Positions 44,148-55,725 of a stretch of DNA of 64,000 nucleotides are shown here, piece by piece. Below the pieces are notes generated by a model that saw only the letters and a list, made by a program, of their open reading frames with translations, did not search any database and was not told the DNA's origin. Location of the stretch: assembly GCA_004764695.1 (NCBI GenBank), contig SMSO01000031.1:8724761-8788760 (forward strand), written 5' to 3'. Source of the stretch: Schizochytrium sp. TIO01. Its lineage: Eukaryota > Protista > Bigyra: Labyrinthulomycetes. The stretch's first letter is position 1; each line of letters starts with the position of its first letter. Both the position numbers and the translations under genes were made by a program.

Positions 44148-45322
44148 TTACTGACCACGGCCAAAGCCGCCCTCCCTCCGGTAGCCATCACCGAAGCCGC
44201 CGTTGCCACGGCCGAAGCCACCGTCGCCGCGGAAGCGGGGGTTGAAGTCACGGCCGGCACCGCCGTCCTTGTTGTATCTGTCGCCACCGAAGCCGCGCTC
44301 GCGGCCAAAGCCAGCGCCGGCAGGGCGGGCGGCCTGGGCCTGCTGCTTCTTGTGAGTCTGGGGGACAATCTCCTCAGGCAGGTGAAGGAACTCACGGAGG
44401 TAGGCGATGCCCTCCTCGGTGAGGTACCAGTAGTACCACTGCCAGTTGAAGGTCTCGCGAACGTAGCCGCGGGACTTGAGGGAGGTCATGAGCTTGACAA
44501 CCTGGAGGTTAGGCACGTCGATGGTCTCATGCTTGGGCTTGACAAAGTCCTTGGAGGCGACAACGACACCCTCTGCGAATTACAAGAATATACAATAACG
44601 TCAACAAGATCAAAAGTTAGTCAACCAGTTCAAATTCTGAGGTTCCCCCCGCTCCTTTGAAAACACACAAAAGGGAGGATGAAGGCAGATGTCGTTTCCT
44701 TTCAGATTAGGCAATCACGCGTTCAATCTGGTACATGGTGCAGCGGAGACAATCAATCAATCACTCGAACCGTCATGACCAGTCAAATAAATGAGAACTC
44801 AATCAGACCAAACCAGGCCAAGCGAGGCCTGTTCTTCAGCAGATTCAATCCACATCGAGCGCGAGCGTAGTTCACAATCGTTCAGGTGCGCGGTAGTTGC
44901 CAGCACATCATCCACATAAGCACCAGATACACATGCATTCATTCATTCATTCAAGCGCATGCGTATAAGACTCCCTATGTAAACTACGGCAACCAGCCAG
45001 CACCATCGTCAAACAACTCTTGCGCAGGTTCTGCAGGCGGTCGGTTCGCAGCCCTTTCCCGCGCTGCTCCCTTCGCCGCCGCCTCCTCCCGCGTGCTTCA
45101 ATCCTCCCCGCTGCGTTGCTCGTCTCTCCGGCGTCTCTTCTGTCGCCTTTCCCAGGAGCCACACATATCATCATCATCTCTCCCTGCCCATGCCTGCCTG
45201 CCTGCATGCCATCCTTCGGCCCGCTGCCTGCCTCTGTGCGAGCGAGGCTCTCGTCTCCGCGCCAACCTACCCTTGAAGAGGTGCGAGTACACCGCGAGGC
45301 GGTTCTTCTTGGGCACGAGCAT
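44148..45322 (-). CDS. RPS10: 40S ribosomal protein S10 (eS10), 2 exons (45322-45271, 44572-44148)
   Basis: [17 protein letters not shown]|EGVVVASKD...[30 protein letters not shown], with a GT-AG intron 45270-44573 splitting the Glu codon. Confidence 0.95.
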
Positions 45323-46520
45323 CCTGCTGCTGTCGTCGTCCACTCCGGTCTGTCTCTGCCTGTGGCTCTGTCTTCGCTTCTGCTTCTGTCTCTCTGCTTG
45401 CTTTCTCTTCGCCAGCAACCCTATTCCTCCCTATCCGCCGCTATTCGTCCATCAATCGCCTCCCAACTACCCGCGCCTACCACTCCGCTACCGCCCGCTA
45501 CGCCCCCTTTGCCCCACTTGCGCCGCCCATTCTCCACTTGCAGACCCCCCCCGCAACTGCCCTATCCCCCATTCTCTACTGTACGCCCGCCCATTCTCCA
45601 CTTACCATACCCCACTTGCCGCCCGCCGGGCACCGCTCCCCGCGTTACCTCGCCCTACGCCCAAGGATTCCCCGCGTTACCCCATGTTGGCAAAGGGAGG
45701 AGGCGGATAGGCCGCGGCTTAGGCCTCTTTTAAGGCGCCGCCATCCGTGCGAAACGCGCCTCGGAGCAATCGGGAGAATTGTACCCTAACCCTAGAAGGA
45801 AAGAGGCCTAAAGAGCTAGGGTTAGGTCTTTGGAGAAGGGGGGTTAGCAGGAGCGGGAGCGAGGGGGACCAGAATATAGGGCATATAAAGTTACAGGATA
45901 CATCATTGGGGATAAGGGATAGTTATGGGTCGGGGAATCATGGAGGGGGTATGGCGCGTAGGAAAAGCTGTGGCGGCGAAGAGGTGCGGCAGGCAGGCTT
46001 GAGCTCGCAGAGGGAGCGATGCGCCCCGAAATGGCGCTCCGTGGCCTTCCTGGCCCGCTCCCCGCCGCCAGAAAAATTCCCCTCTCGCAGCCGGCACCCT
46101 GGGCCTCCCTGCCGCCCTCGCTGCGCCCTTCTCCGCAGCCTGCCCGGCCCTCCACATTTCCTCCCGTTCTCCAAATCTGCCTCCGCTGCGCCCAATCCCC
46201 TCGCCTCTTTTCCTACACTCCGTATTTTATCCTTTTCGGACGCCCACCGCGCACCGCCCATCCCTAGCCTCCATTAGGTAACCCTTACCCCCGCCCTCTC
46301 GAGGTCCGGGGAACGCGGGGAAACTATCTGTCTTCTCTACGCCCAATATGGGAGGGTGGTGCGGAGCGGCGGGGACGCGGGGGCATTAAAGGCGCGCGAA
46401 GGGGGGCCCGAGGAGGGGGGATGGAGAAAGGGGACCCGGGGTCAGTGCAGAAGGAGGCAAAGAAGGGAAAGAAAGCAAAGGCGGCGGCGCCACCAAAGCA
46501 GATCAGGAGCACGACACCGG
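45323..46520. promoter_or_regulatory. GC-rich bidirectional promoter region between RPS10 and RPL23, with inverted telo-box-like motifs
   Basis: Head-to-head ribosomal protein genes. CCTAACCCTAG (45785-45795) and its exact reverse complement CTAGGGTTAGG (45816-45826). Confidence 0.5.
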
Positions 46521-47135
46521 TACGTGGCGCTGCGCGGGCGCGGCGGAGCGGCGGGCGGCGGCGGACAGGCCGCGGTCGCCGGGGTACCTAGGCAGGCCAG
46601 GGTCAGTGGTTGACCGCGGCCGAGTCGGCTGACCGCAGGCAGCTGCTGGATGCATGCATGCATGGACGGCCGAATGAATGGATGGCCGAGTGAATGCTGC
46701 TCTGCTCGACTTGAAGCCCGAGACTCGCGGAGACGCGGAGCGGAGAGGGACCGAGCGTGGAGGAAGACGTCGAGGCAGGCGGGGAGAGCAGAAGCGGAAG
46801 AGGATTGCCGCTGATGAGTTCCCTCACGAGGCAGCCCGTCAATGGGCGGCTTCGCCTGTCTTGGAAGAGCCAAGAACTGGGTGGTGGCGAATGATTGATT
46901 ATGGTGAACTTACATAATCTTGTTCAAGACCAAAACTCATTCGACGCTTTCTGACTTGAGCTTTCATCCGAGTCGCAGCAACAGAGTGTGGGTGGAGAAG
47001 AGATGATAGAGATTGTGAAGACGTTGAGTGAGCGTGAACTGTTGAGACTGACGTATGGTGACTGGATGAAATCGTGATGGACCAAATGTTGTTGGTGAAT
47101 ACAGGAAGAGCTAGTTGCTTTTCTACTAACTCAAA

Positions 47136-47788
47136 ATGCCCACCCGTGGACGCGCCGGTGCCGCTGGCACCAAGTACCGCATGACCGTTGGTCTCCCCAC
47201 GGCTGCCCTCATCAACTGCGCCGACAACACTGGTGCTAAGAACCTGGTAAGTGCAGAGTATGCGCCTCATGAGTAACTTTAATTCTCTGGGGTTGTATTA
47301 TGTTTATAAAACAACATGGAGGTGAGATTCCTTCATTGGTTCTTGGAGGTCAGTCGAATGCTAACTCGAACAAATTCAATTGGGTGCGCGCTCGCTTGTT
47401 TCTTGGTTGCTCGTCATTTATTATTTCCATCATAAACCATTATTGTGGCTCGTCTTCTGTACATTAATAATCACAGTACGTCGTCGCTGTGACCAACATC
47501 CGCGGCCGCTTGAACCGTCTCCCCGCCGCCAGCGTTGGTGACATGATTCTGTGCTCTGTCAAGAAGGGTAAGCCCGAACTTCGTAAGAAGATGATGCCCG
47601 GTATTGTCGTGCGCCAGCGCAAGGCTTGGCGCCGAAAGGACGGCACCTACATCTACTTCGAGGACAACGCTGGTGTCATCGTCAACCCCAAGGGTGAGAT
47701 GAAGGGCTCTGCCATCACTGGCCCCGTGGGCAAGGAGTGCGCCGACCTCTGGCCGCGTATTGCAAGCAACGCTGGCTCCATTGTCTAA
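47136..47788 (+). CDS. RPL23: 60S ribosomal protein L23 (uL14), coding exons 47136-47246 and 47477-47788
   Basis: [37 protein letters not shown]|YVVAV...[10 protein letters not shown]...[24 protein letters not shown], with a GTAAGT...ACAG intron. A 5'UTR intron from ~46520 to 47104 is likely. Confidence 0.96.
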
Positions 47789-48563
47789 TTGCTTAAAACC
47801 CTATCCTTTCCCCACATGACCTCGTTTTTGCTCTTTGTTTCATTTGATTCTTGGTGCTTTTAACAGCACGCCATTTAGTCTCCTTGCTGATGTTCTTAAT
47901 TCCTTGAGTTGTCCCGTCCTCACTGTACCTGCTCGGTGTCTGTGTTTCCTCTTTTGTTTTCATTCAGAGATAGATTATGGCAGAGCAAGAGAATTTACCT
48001 TGCAAACTTAGTCTTGCCTTTCTCCTTATTTGTCTCTCTGGTTTCGTATGGGTGCAGAAACTAACGAAGGAGTGGTGCATTTGTGATTGCAAAAGTGGAA
48101 CAGCATGGGTACTGTGCAGTTAAAGATGTCTTGCGAAAGGTATGCGGATGACAATGCGGAGGAAGCTCTGTTAGCGTTTTATTATGTATTTAATTGACTG
48201 TGCCTCCAAAATAAAATACTAGAGTTTGAGAAACTTGGTTTACGCCCAAACTATCAGAGGGAGGAATATGCTATGCAGTAAAAATGTAACGGCTGATACA
48301 AGTCCCAAGTACTCATTATGAGCTTGAAAGGGAAGGGAAGAAAAGAACACATGTATTCTGAGATATCTATCCAATTTGAAGAATGCGATTCAAAGATGTG
48401 CTTATTTACAGCTTCTTCATATTTCACATTAGAGTGATAACATAATGGAGATTTGGAACGCCTCAAAGACAACAGAGGACTCAAATTTTTTGGTACTGAA
48501 ACGAATAAGAAATAAGATGTACAAAATACTAACAATACAAGCTATCATTATTCCATGACAACC

Positions 48564-51500
48564 TTATTTCGGTGGTTGTTGCTGATGTTGTTGTTGTTGC
48601 TGCTGCTGCTCCTGCGGCTGTTGCTGCTGTTGGGAGGCTTGGTGAAGCAGGTGTTGGTGATACTGAGAGTATAGCTGATGATGTTGTTGTTGTGGTACAT
48701 AGTGAGGATACGCCGGTACCAACATGTAGGGATGGGGCATCATCATGGCACCTACAGGTGGCATCGCTTGAAACTGACTCACGTTAGGGACAAATTCTGC
48801 TGCGTCGACATTCCATTTAGTTGCCTTAGCCTTCTCGTTTGGCACAGATGAGGTTGATGGAGGTTCTTCTTGTACAGTTTGTACCTGCCTTGAATCCCTT
48901 TCGCTGCTTGAACTTCCTTGTTGTTGTTGTTGTTGTTGCTGCTGCTGCTGGTGGTCGTGGTTTTGTGAGAGATCCCCAGCTGAGATAACTGGGCGCGATC
49001 TTGCTTCAGATGGCTGCGTACCCTTGCGAGCTTTGCGGCCTTTGCGATTAGCAGCTGCCGCCGCTGCAGCTTTCTGTTTAGCAATTGTTGAGCGACGACG
49101 AGCATCTTCAAGAAGGTGCTCAGGAATGCGACGCGCGATGTGCACCAGCTTGCATGGCACTGGCCCACTCGACTCGACATCAGGCAGTTGCTGAGCTAGC
49201 AAGGCCTTCTTCTTTTGTTTTCTTGAATCGCCCTCGATAGTCCCACCGGCATTATTCTCTGTGGATTCTTCACCATTTTGCTCCCCTCCATTACCTGCAT
49301 CGGGAGTTTGCGATAATCGTTTCGCCTTCTTTTTACTATTCGAGTACTGCTTCGAAGACAATGAGTTATCCAAGAGCGAAACGGTAGCTACGCAGATTAC
49401 TCGGCGTGCTTTCGCGGATGTAGCACAGGATTTGCACCGCACGCGATGGCATACTGTACAATCAAAACGATCCCTCTCAATCGGACCCAGGCAAGTGTCA
49501 CATAGAGGCAAGACACCGGTTTCGCGTTCTGCATTCACCGCTGCAGCCCAGGCGTTACGAAGAGGTTCTCGAAGACGTAACATTCGCTTATACTCTTCAT
49601 GGGCGCCGTCAGCAGAATATATACCGACAACGCTCACATTCACGCGTTTTTTCAAAGCTTTGCCTAGCTTTGCTTTGCTGAGAGCAAATACAACAGGAAT
49701 ACCATCCGTTCCCATTTCAATCTCATCCTCAGTTGGAGTACATCGATCGATAATTTCACGAACAGTACTATCGATGCCTTTGTCATCATCTGGACGCCCC
49801 TGCTCGATATTAAAGGCAACAATGACACAAATGCAGCGACGGCTACGAATACCGCGCAGAACTTCGCGAAAACCAAAAACCATACGTCTTCGCATCAGTG
49901 ATTTTACTTCATCTTTCATCCGCAATCTCTCCTGCAGTTCAATAAGGCGACGCAACATGCTAGCAACGACGTCATCCATTTCATCGCTCATAGCTTGGTC
50001 GACATAGTCTCGTACAAGTGATGTAGGCCGCAGCTTTGTGCGCAAACCAATGCGGCGTTCTCGCTTAGAAATTTCATCCTGGGGCGCAGGAGTTACTTCC
50101 TCAGTTTGTAGGTTGTCGGCATCGCTTTCAATGACGGTCTTTGGTACCAAGGGGCATCCAAAAAACATTGGGGAAATCCGCGTCGCGTCCCATGAGCTAG
50201 GTTGCATGATAGACTCTAAAAACTCTCGCACAGGGCCTTCATTCAGTAATTTCCACTGTTCTCCCTCAACAATATGTTGTTGATCACCATCATATTCAAC
50301 CTCGTTTTCATCCTCATGGAAATGTTCCTCTTCATCCCCTCCCATCGTACCTTCATCCTCGTCATGTTCAACAGTGCTATCTTTCTCTGCACGAGTGGTG
50401 TCAACATCAGAGTGTTCTGCGATATCATCGTCTTCCTCTAGAACAGGATCTACTCTGCTAAGCTCATTATAAGAGGCTGTCTTCTCATTTAAGTAACCAC
50501 CCCGACTTTCGCAGTCATCCTGCTCACTGGCAGTACCGAGATCGCCGCTGTTTTCATAATCTTCAGATTGAATCTCGAGATCCGAGACACCGTCTCCACC
50601 TGAAGGATGACTTTCACTATCATCAATATTAACAACTTCCTCACTTGCATTCTCATAGCCGTCCTCCTCTCTTTGTTCTTGTGCATCAGCGGCATCAACT
50701 TGGGACTCTTGAACTTCCTTCACATCCTGACCATCACGAAGTTCGTCTGACGAGACATGGTCATGACGAGAGACCATTACATATGATTCATCTGCTCCAG
50801 AGTAGCCTCCTGATGTATTCTCAAGGCTGTTGAGTTCAGCTTGATCATCTTCTTGATCACAATCTTCTTGATCACCATCTTCATCCTCACCTTCCATTAT
50901 AAGATGGTCCTCATCATCACTTTCATGAATAGATGCAGCGTCATGGTCAACTGGCTCCACTAAAATGTCAGCCAAGTGAACACGAACATAACCGTGCATT
51001 GAGGGATGCACCTGCAAGGGGATTGGGCGAAGCCCTGGACGCAAGAGACGCCATCGAATCGCACGATCGACGTATAAGTGCTTCTTGAGGGTCGAGATCT
51101 TTTTTGATTTCTTTGCATTGGGTGGCCGAGTTTTACCAGACCTCACCATTGAACGAACGGTAGAGTCTAAAGCATTTGGGTTCGCTGTTACTCGTTTGTT
51201 AATAGGTTTGGATGATGGCTTCTTGGTTGAAGGCTTGGCTGGGGTAGGCTTCACTTCGGTGTTGTTTAGACCAACCTCTCTTGCTTTGGCGCTCTGGTTC
51301 TGCTTCTTGCGACGTGCAAGCGCGGAGTCAAGGTAACTGCCTAGGCCGATCTCTGCTGAAGGCATGGGTTTGACTTTCTTCTTGACAGTAAAAGAATCAG
51401 TACTTGATCGTTGAACTTCACTTGAGGTTAACGCATGTGAACTTGATGTATCCTTGCGAGGTTGGGGAAATTGTACTTCTGCTGTCATTGAAGCTGTCGT

Positions 51501-51998
51501 TGATGCTGTGACTGGGCCCCATATTGAAGGCACAGCCAGGTTGCGTTTCTCGGAACTTGGGACAAGTCTCGGAGTATCATTAGCAATTCTCGCGTGCGGG
51601 TGTTGCAAAAGCCTCGCGGTACCAGAGTACGCCCGGGTTTGAGCAGACGCTGATGCGGCTTCAGTTTCCTTGTTCTCATGTCCTGTTTTAGGGGCTGAGA
51701 GCCCTTCCCGAGGATGTTGTCGGTTCATTTTCCTTGCAGCACCGCTTGATTGCTGATTTTGACCATGCCGGTCTCCCACTTTGCCATTTTGAATCTTGTC
51801 TTTGCCTTTGCTAGTAGATTTGATCTTTGCATTGCCTCTTAACTTGCCGCTAATTTTGTTGTTGCCATGACTTCCACTTTCCTTGGTGTTGATGTCACTG
51901 TTGCTCTTGTCGTCTTGCTTGGGCCTGCTTTCCGGGCGCTTCGACGATCTTCGCCGCACCGGAAGCCACGAGCCTTCTGCTAACTCATCCTCTTCCAT
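48564..51998 (-). CDS. SECISBP2: SECIS-binding protein 2 (SBP2/SECISBP2-like)
   Basis: Lys-rich SID-like 'KKISTLKKHL', 'RDYVDQ', L7Ae domain 'RRRMVFGFREVLRGIRSRRCICVIVAFNIE...IPVVFALSKAKLGKAL...VSVVGI', PAM2-like 'WNVDAAEFVP' and a polyQ tail. First ATG is at 51998. Confidence 0.85.
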   Translation of the reverse strand: MEEDELAEGSWLPVRRRSSKRPESRPKQDDKSNSDINTKESGSHGNNKISGKLRGNAKIKSTSKGKDKIQNGKVGDRHGQNQQSSGAARKMNRQHPREGLSAPKTGHENKETEAASASAQTRAYSGTARLLQHPHARIANDTPRLVPSSEKRNLAVPSIWGPVTASTTASMTAEVQFPQPRKDTSSSHALTSSEVQRSSTDSFTVKKKVKPMPSAEIGLGSYLDSALARRKKQNQSAKAREVGLNNTEVKPTPAKPSTKKPSSKPINKRVTANPNALDSTVRSMVRSGKTRPPNAKKSKKISTLKKHLYVDRAIRWRLLRPGLRPIPLQVHPSMHGYVRVHLADILVEPVDHDAASIHESDDEDHLIMEGEDEDGDQEDCDQEDDQAELNSLENTSGGYSGADESYVMVSRHDHVSSDELRDGQDVKEVQESQVDAADAQEQREEDGYENASEEVVNIDDSESHPSGGDGVSDLEIQSEDYENSGDLGTASEQDDCESRGGYLNEKTASYNELSRVDPVLEEDDDIAEHSDVDTTRAEKDSTVEHDEDEGTMGGDEEEHFHEDENEVEYDGDQQHIVEGEQWKLLNEGPVREFLESIMQPSSWDATRISPMFFGCPLVPKTVIESDADNLQTEEVTPAPQDEISKRERRIGLRTKLRPTSLVRDYVDQAMSDEMDDVVASMLRRLIELQERLRMKDEVKSLMRRRMVFGFREVLRGIRSRRCICVIVAFNIEQGRPDDDKGIDSTVREIIDRCTPTEDEIEMGTDGIPVVFALSKAKLGKALKKRVNVSVVGIYSADGAHEEYKRMLRLREPLRNAWAAAVNAERETGVLPLCDTCLGPIERDRFDCTVCHRVRCKSCATSAKARRVICVATVSLLDNSLSSKQYSNSKKKAKRLSQTPDAGNGGEQNGEESTENNAGGTIEGDSRKQKKKALLAQQLPDVESSGPVPCKLVHIARRIPEHLLEDARRRSTIAKQKAAAAAAANRKGRKARKGTQPSEARSRPVISAGDLSQNHDHQQQQQQQQQQQGSSSSERDSRQVQTVQEEPPSTSSVPNEKAKATKWNVDAAEFVPNVSQFQAMPPVGAMMMPHPYMLVPAYPHYVPQQQHHQLYSQYHQHLLHQASQQQQQPQEQQQQQQQHQQQPPK

Positions 51999-52709
51999 TG
52001 TACCAAGACTTGTCACAAGCGTCCAAGTCGTGGCTGTGCAAAACCCTGCGGCACGGTGAACACGGCTTCGTCGGCGATTCTGCTTTGCCGAAGCCAGCTC
52101 TCGACCCGTGCTACAGAAACAACAACACTACCAGCTTACTTTCTTCACTATATAAAACTATAGGACTTCATACCGAGAGTCCATGTATTAGAGAGCGTTT
52201 TGGAGCATCACTTGGACGTTGTGGCAATGGCTTCCGCCCATGGGATGAAAGGATATCTGGACATCGAACAATTGCTTTTGCCAAAATGGGCTACATACGC
52301 CAAGCTCCATCTGTCTTGGTTTAATCCTGTGTCATGGGTTAAAAGCAGTCAGAAGATCAATGTTTGAGATAAATAGATTTACGGTGTTTAGAGTAGATCC
52401 GAATGAGGTGCAGAAAGCTCTGCTAAGGCCTCAGAATAAAGTGCGCAGGGTAGAGAGTGTGTACCATATTTAGCGCAGAAAAGGGTCCCGAGGTTTCTGG
52501 GAAAGAGTCGGCCTTGAGAAACGACGGACATAGAATAGGTCGAAGTTATCCCTATCGGTTCAGAGCAGCTGAAGAGATGGACATAGAGAGTTTTTGATTC
52601 ATTAAAAACCAGGCAGCCCTAATATATTGGACAGAAATGTTGGTTTCATACCTGGGCGTGGCGAATAAGTCTGAAAAGATGTTGATTGAAAACAGATCTT
52701 GGGATCGAG

Positions 52710-53609
52710 CTAACCAAAAATTGGCGGTTTTCCGCCTGCATGGATCCTACGAGAGCGAAAGCGCGCAATCTGAGCAGCTCTGACAAAAGATTCTACTGCT
52801 TGATCCATTTGAACAGACGGAGTCCCTCCTAAACGCTCCGGTGAACGCTCACCTGGAAGAGGGGTGAACAGCTTATTATCTCCTCGAGAATTTAGGCGGC
52901 TAGGTGTACTAAACTGTTGGCTAGGCAGTTGGCGATCTAGAAGGGGAGTGCGAAGTTGTGCTTTATTAGGGCCTTCCGTTTTTTCAGTAGTCTCTTTCGA
53001 AAAAGTTCTGGTACGTTCAATCTCTCGAGCAACATCATTCTGGAAAGTTTCTAGGCTGAATTCTTTCACGTCCTGGTTACGATGGCGAAGTTGGGCCACC
53101 ATTGTATCTTCAGCGCTTCGCTGAGCAATCTTTTTCAAAAGGCGTGACCAAGCCGCATCATATACGCTTTGAGACATTCGAAAACCGTCCGGCATAAGCT
53201 CGCTAATTCTCTCTGCTGAAGACGCCGCACAAGGAGTTTGTGGTGTTACTCTTTTCGCCATGGATGGCATTTTTAGGGAGGTTTCGGGCATTCTGTTTGC
53301 CTCTTCTCGTGTTTGACTTGGGAGATCCTCCTCCTCGAGAATATTGTCATTAATATTGTCATCATCATTGCCATAAACTTCTTGGAAGTAGAGTTCGCTC
53401 TCACTCATCTGTGATCCCTGTTGTAGGTGAAGATCTTCATCTTCTCGATTTTCATCACCTTCTTCTCTAAATCGGTTTTCTTCATAATCTACTGCTTCTT
53501 CTTCTTCATAGTCCTCTTCGTAGTCTTCACTTTCTCTTTCGTCGTCATCAGCTTCGTCGTTTGGCAAGTCCGTTTGCAGGAAACGATTGTCCTCACCAGT
53601 TGGCGTCAT
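52710..53609 (-). CDS. Hypothetical acidic protein
   Basis: ~300-aa ORF with an Asp/Glu-rich N-terminal half. No family recognised. Confidence 0.65.
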   Translation of the reverse strand: MTPTGEDNRFLQTDLPNDEADDDERESEDYEEDYEEEEAVDYEENRFREEGDENREDEDLHLQQGSQMSESELYFQEVYGNDDDNINDNILEEEDLPSQTREEANRMPETSLKMPSMAKRVTPQTPCAASSAERISELMPDGFRMSQSVYDAAWSRLLKKIAQRSAEDTMVAQLRHRNQDVKEFSLETFQNDVAREIERTRTFSKETTEKTEGPNKAQLRTPLLDRQLPSQQFSTPSRLNSRGDNKLFTPLPGERSPERLGGTPSVQMDQAVESFVRAAQIARFRSRRIHAGGKPPIFG

Positions 53610-54420
53610 TTCTAGCACTTCTTGTGTGGGCTCACGACCGTCCGAGTCTTCTAGGAATCAGAGTCACCAGCTGCTACAAGCTAGCCAAACCTAGTCAAAG
53701 AGTCTGCCAAGCGACCTTTATCAACTTCAGCCCCTCCAGGGTAACCACTCGCGATCGTGAATTTTTGGGTTGCGAAGCCCTCATAGTTTTGGTGCAAAGA
53801 ACAAGAAGAGCAAAAAAACAGGGGGCTTTCCCAAAAGAACAACTATAGAACAGAACACCTTGCGTGACTTTGGGGTCCCTTCCACCAACGGCTCTGTGGA
53901 CTGATTTGTGAATTGTCTGGCCACCGGTTGTGCAACGAAGATGCTAATTCGTAAGAAGTCTTTCTTTCTTCAGGAGCCTTGAAACCGGTAATGAGATTTT
54001 ATATTGGTTGAGAAGCATCTGCTACGAAAATTGTGCCGTTTGCGTTGACGAATAAGGAGGCGAGCGGGTTTCTTCGCCGCAGGAATTTGGAATTCGAGGT
54101 GCACTAACTCATTTTCCCAAGAATACCTAGAGATATTGAAAGGGGTGGGATATAGATACATACGTGCTTACCCTTGCGGACTCAATCTGGGGTATATCGT
54201 TCTCAGTTAGAATGGGTAGGGTTAACTGTCTTATATTGTAGTCAGCAGTTTTTTACTTTCAGGTATTACTCACAAAGTGGGGAACACACCATATCGAAAA
54301 CTTTGGTCAAATAACACAACCCGTTACCAGCAGGCATATATATTACACTAAAGTTTACACACATATTAGACCCGATAGCCGAGAAGGGTAATGCAGCAAT
54401 CATACAACTAGTAGAGAGCG

Positions 54421-55725
54421 ATGTCAGGTATGCCTCCCTCGGAGCCTACATTCGAAGGCGCAGGATGTATGCCCGGGTGCTTGCCTCTGCGTTGGAAGCA
54501 TCGTGTGGCTCCACTCAAGACAGCAGAAAGTCCTTCACGTCATGGTGATCAAAATCAAGCACCCAAAGCTGCGGCAAATTCAAAAGCAACATTAACCAAG
54601 ACGCGAGAAGTCCACCCAGCAGCTGACAAGAAAACCAATGACTCACGTGCAGCAACGCAGGTGAGTCATGAGGCGTCAAACAGTAAATCTAATATTTCAT
54701 TGAGTAAACATTCAAATGTGAGTGAGCAAGAACTTGAGGGAACAGGCTCAACGAGAGGGCGTAATCGTAATACTTTGATTGCTTTATCAAAATCAGGGAA
54801 GCTCGAAGAAATTATTACACTATGTACCAATTCGCATCAAGATGTTAATGTACGAGGAATGTGGGGCAACACTGCACTAATCTGTGCGTGCCAAAACTGT
54901 CATCAAGATGTTGCTCTTGAGCTTTTACGCAGAGGCGCCGACGCTGTGTTGTATAACGAGGATGGCTGTACGGCGTTTCATCACGCGTGCTTGGAAGGTT
55001 TGGAGGAGGTTGTCTATGAAATGACGAAATCTATCGCGGGTCGTGCCCCATCTGAGGTCAAAGATATGTTTAAACCAGCACCGATCTACAATTCTAAGAC
55101 AGATCAGAAAAAGTTCCTCACCCCGCTTGCTGCGGCCTGTATCAACGAACACATTCGTGTTGTCGAACACTGCCTTTCTGAGCCAGTATTGTTACACGCT
55201 GCTGACCGCACAACTGTAATTAGCGCTTTTCGTCAGGCTATCCAAGCAGGCTCCGAGAAAAGTGCCAAATTGCTACTTCTCGAGCGTGAACACTATCTGA
55301 GCGACGTTGTTAAACAAGATTCGACCTTGCTCGCTCGAGCATGCCAAATTGAAGCAAATGATATGGTCAAACTCCTTCTAAATGCTGGTTGCGAGGTGAA
55401 TTCTTGTTTATGCTTTCGTAGTGCTGAGGCTCGAGGAAACCTTTCGCCAGAAGCGCCTCTGGCCGTTGCTTGCCGATTGGGTAATAGTGAATGTGCTCTT
55501 GACCTCTTAGCTGCGGGTGCTGATCCTAACTACACCTGTGGTCAATGTAGTTTACCTTTGACTCTAGCTTGTCGTGCAGGGGAAGTAGACTGTGTGTCAG
55601 TTCTTGTCAATGCAGGCGCCCATTCAAAAGTTTTAGATCCGGTTACTTCAATATCACCATATGATTTTGTGAAGAATGTTGGGATGAACACTATTGTGGA
55701 GATCTTTGACTCGAGCAGTGTTTGA
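54421..55725 (+). CDS. Ankyrin-repeat protein
   Basis: Repeats such as 'GNTALICAC...LLRRGAD', 'GCTAFHHAC', 'TPLAAAC', 'PLAVAC...LLAAGADPN'. Confidence 0.9.
   Translation: MSGMPPSEPTFEGAGCMPGCLPLRWKHRVAPLKTAESPSRHGDQNQAPKAAANSKATLTKTREVHPAADKKTNDSRAATQVSHEASNSKSNISLSKHSNVSEQELEGTGSTRGRNRNTLIALSKSGKLEEIITLCTNSHQDVNVRGMWGNTALICACQNCHQDVALELLRRGADAVLYNEDGCTAFHHACLEGLEEVVYEMTKSIAGRAPSEVKDMFKPAPIYNSKTDQKKFLTPLAAACINEHIRVVEHCLSEPVLLHAADRTTVISAFRQAIQAGSEKSAKLLLLEREHYLSDVVKQDSTLLARACQIEANDMVKLLLNAGCEVNSCLCFRSAEARGNLSPEAPLAVACRLGNSECALDLLAAGADPNYTCGQCSLPLTLACRAGEVDCVSVLVNAGAHSKVLDPVTSISPYDFVKNVGMNTIVEIFDSSSV

Noticed and set aside
44836-44913. Possible C/D-box snoRNA on the minus strand in the RPS10 intron (ATGATGT...CTGA...CTGA)
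   Set aside because: The C box is imperfect, there is no terminal stem, and the putative guide matches 18S CGCGGUAAUUCCAGC only with a mismatch and a bulge. It would need snoscan/Infernal.
44058-46917. Many overlapping 80-270 aa ORFs around RPS10 and its promoter
   Set aside because: They are antisense shadows of RPS10 or stop-poor GC-rich promoter/intron sequence, with no protein motifs.
46890-46955. Possible C/D-box snoRNA in the RPL23 5'UTR intron (ATGATT...CTGA)
   Set aside because: Weak C box and no recognisable rRNA-complementary guide.
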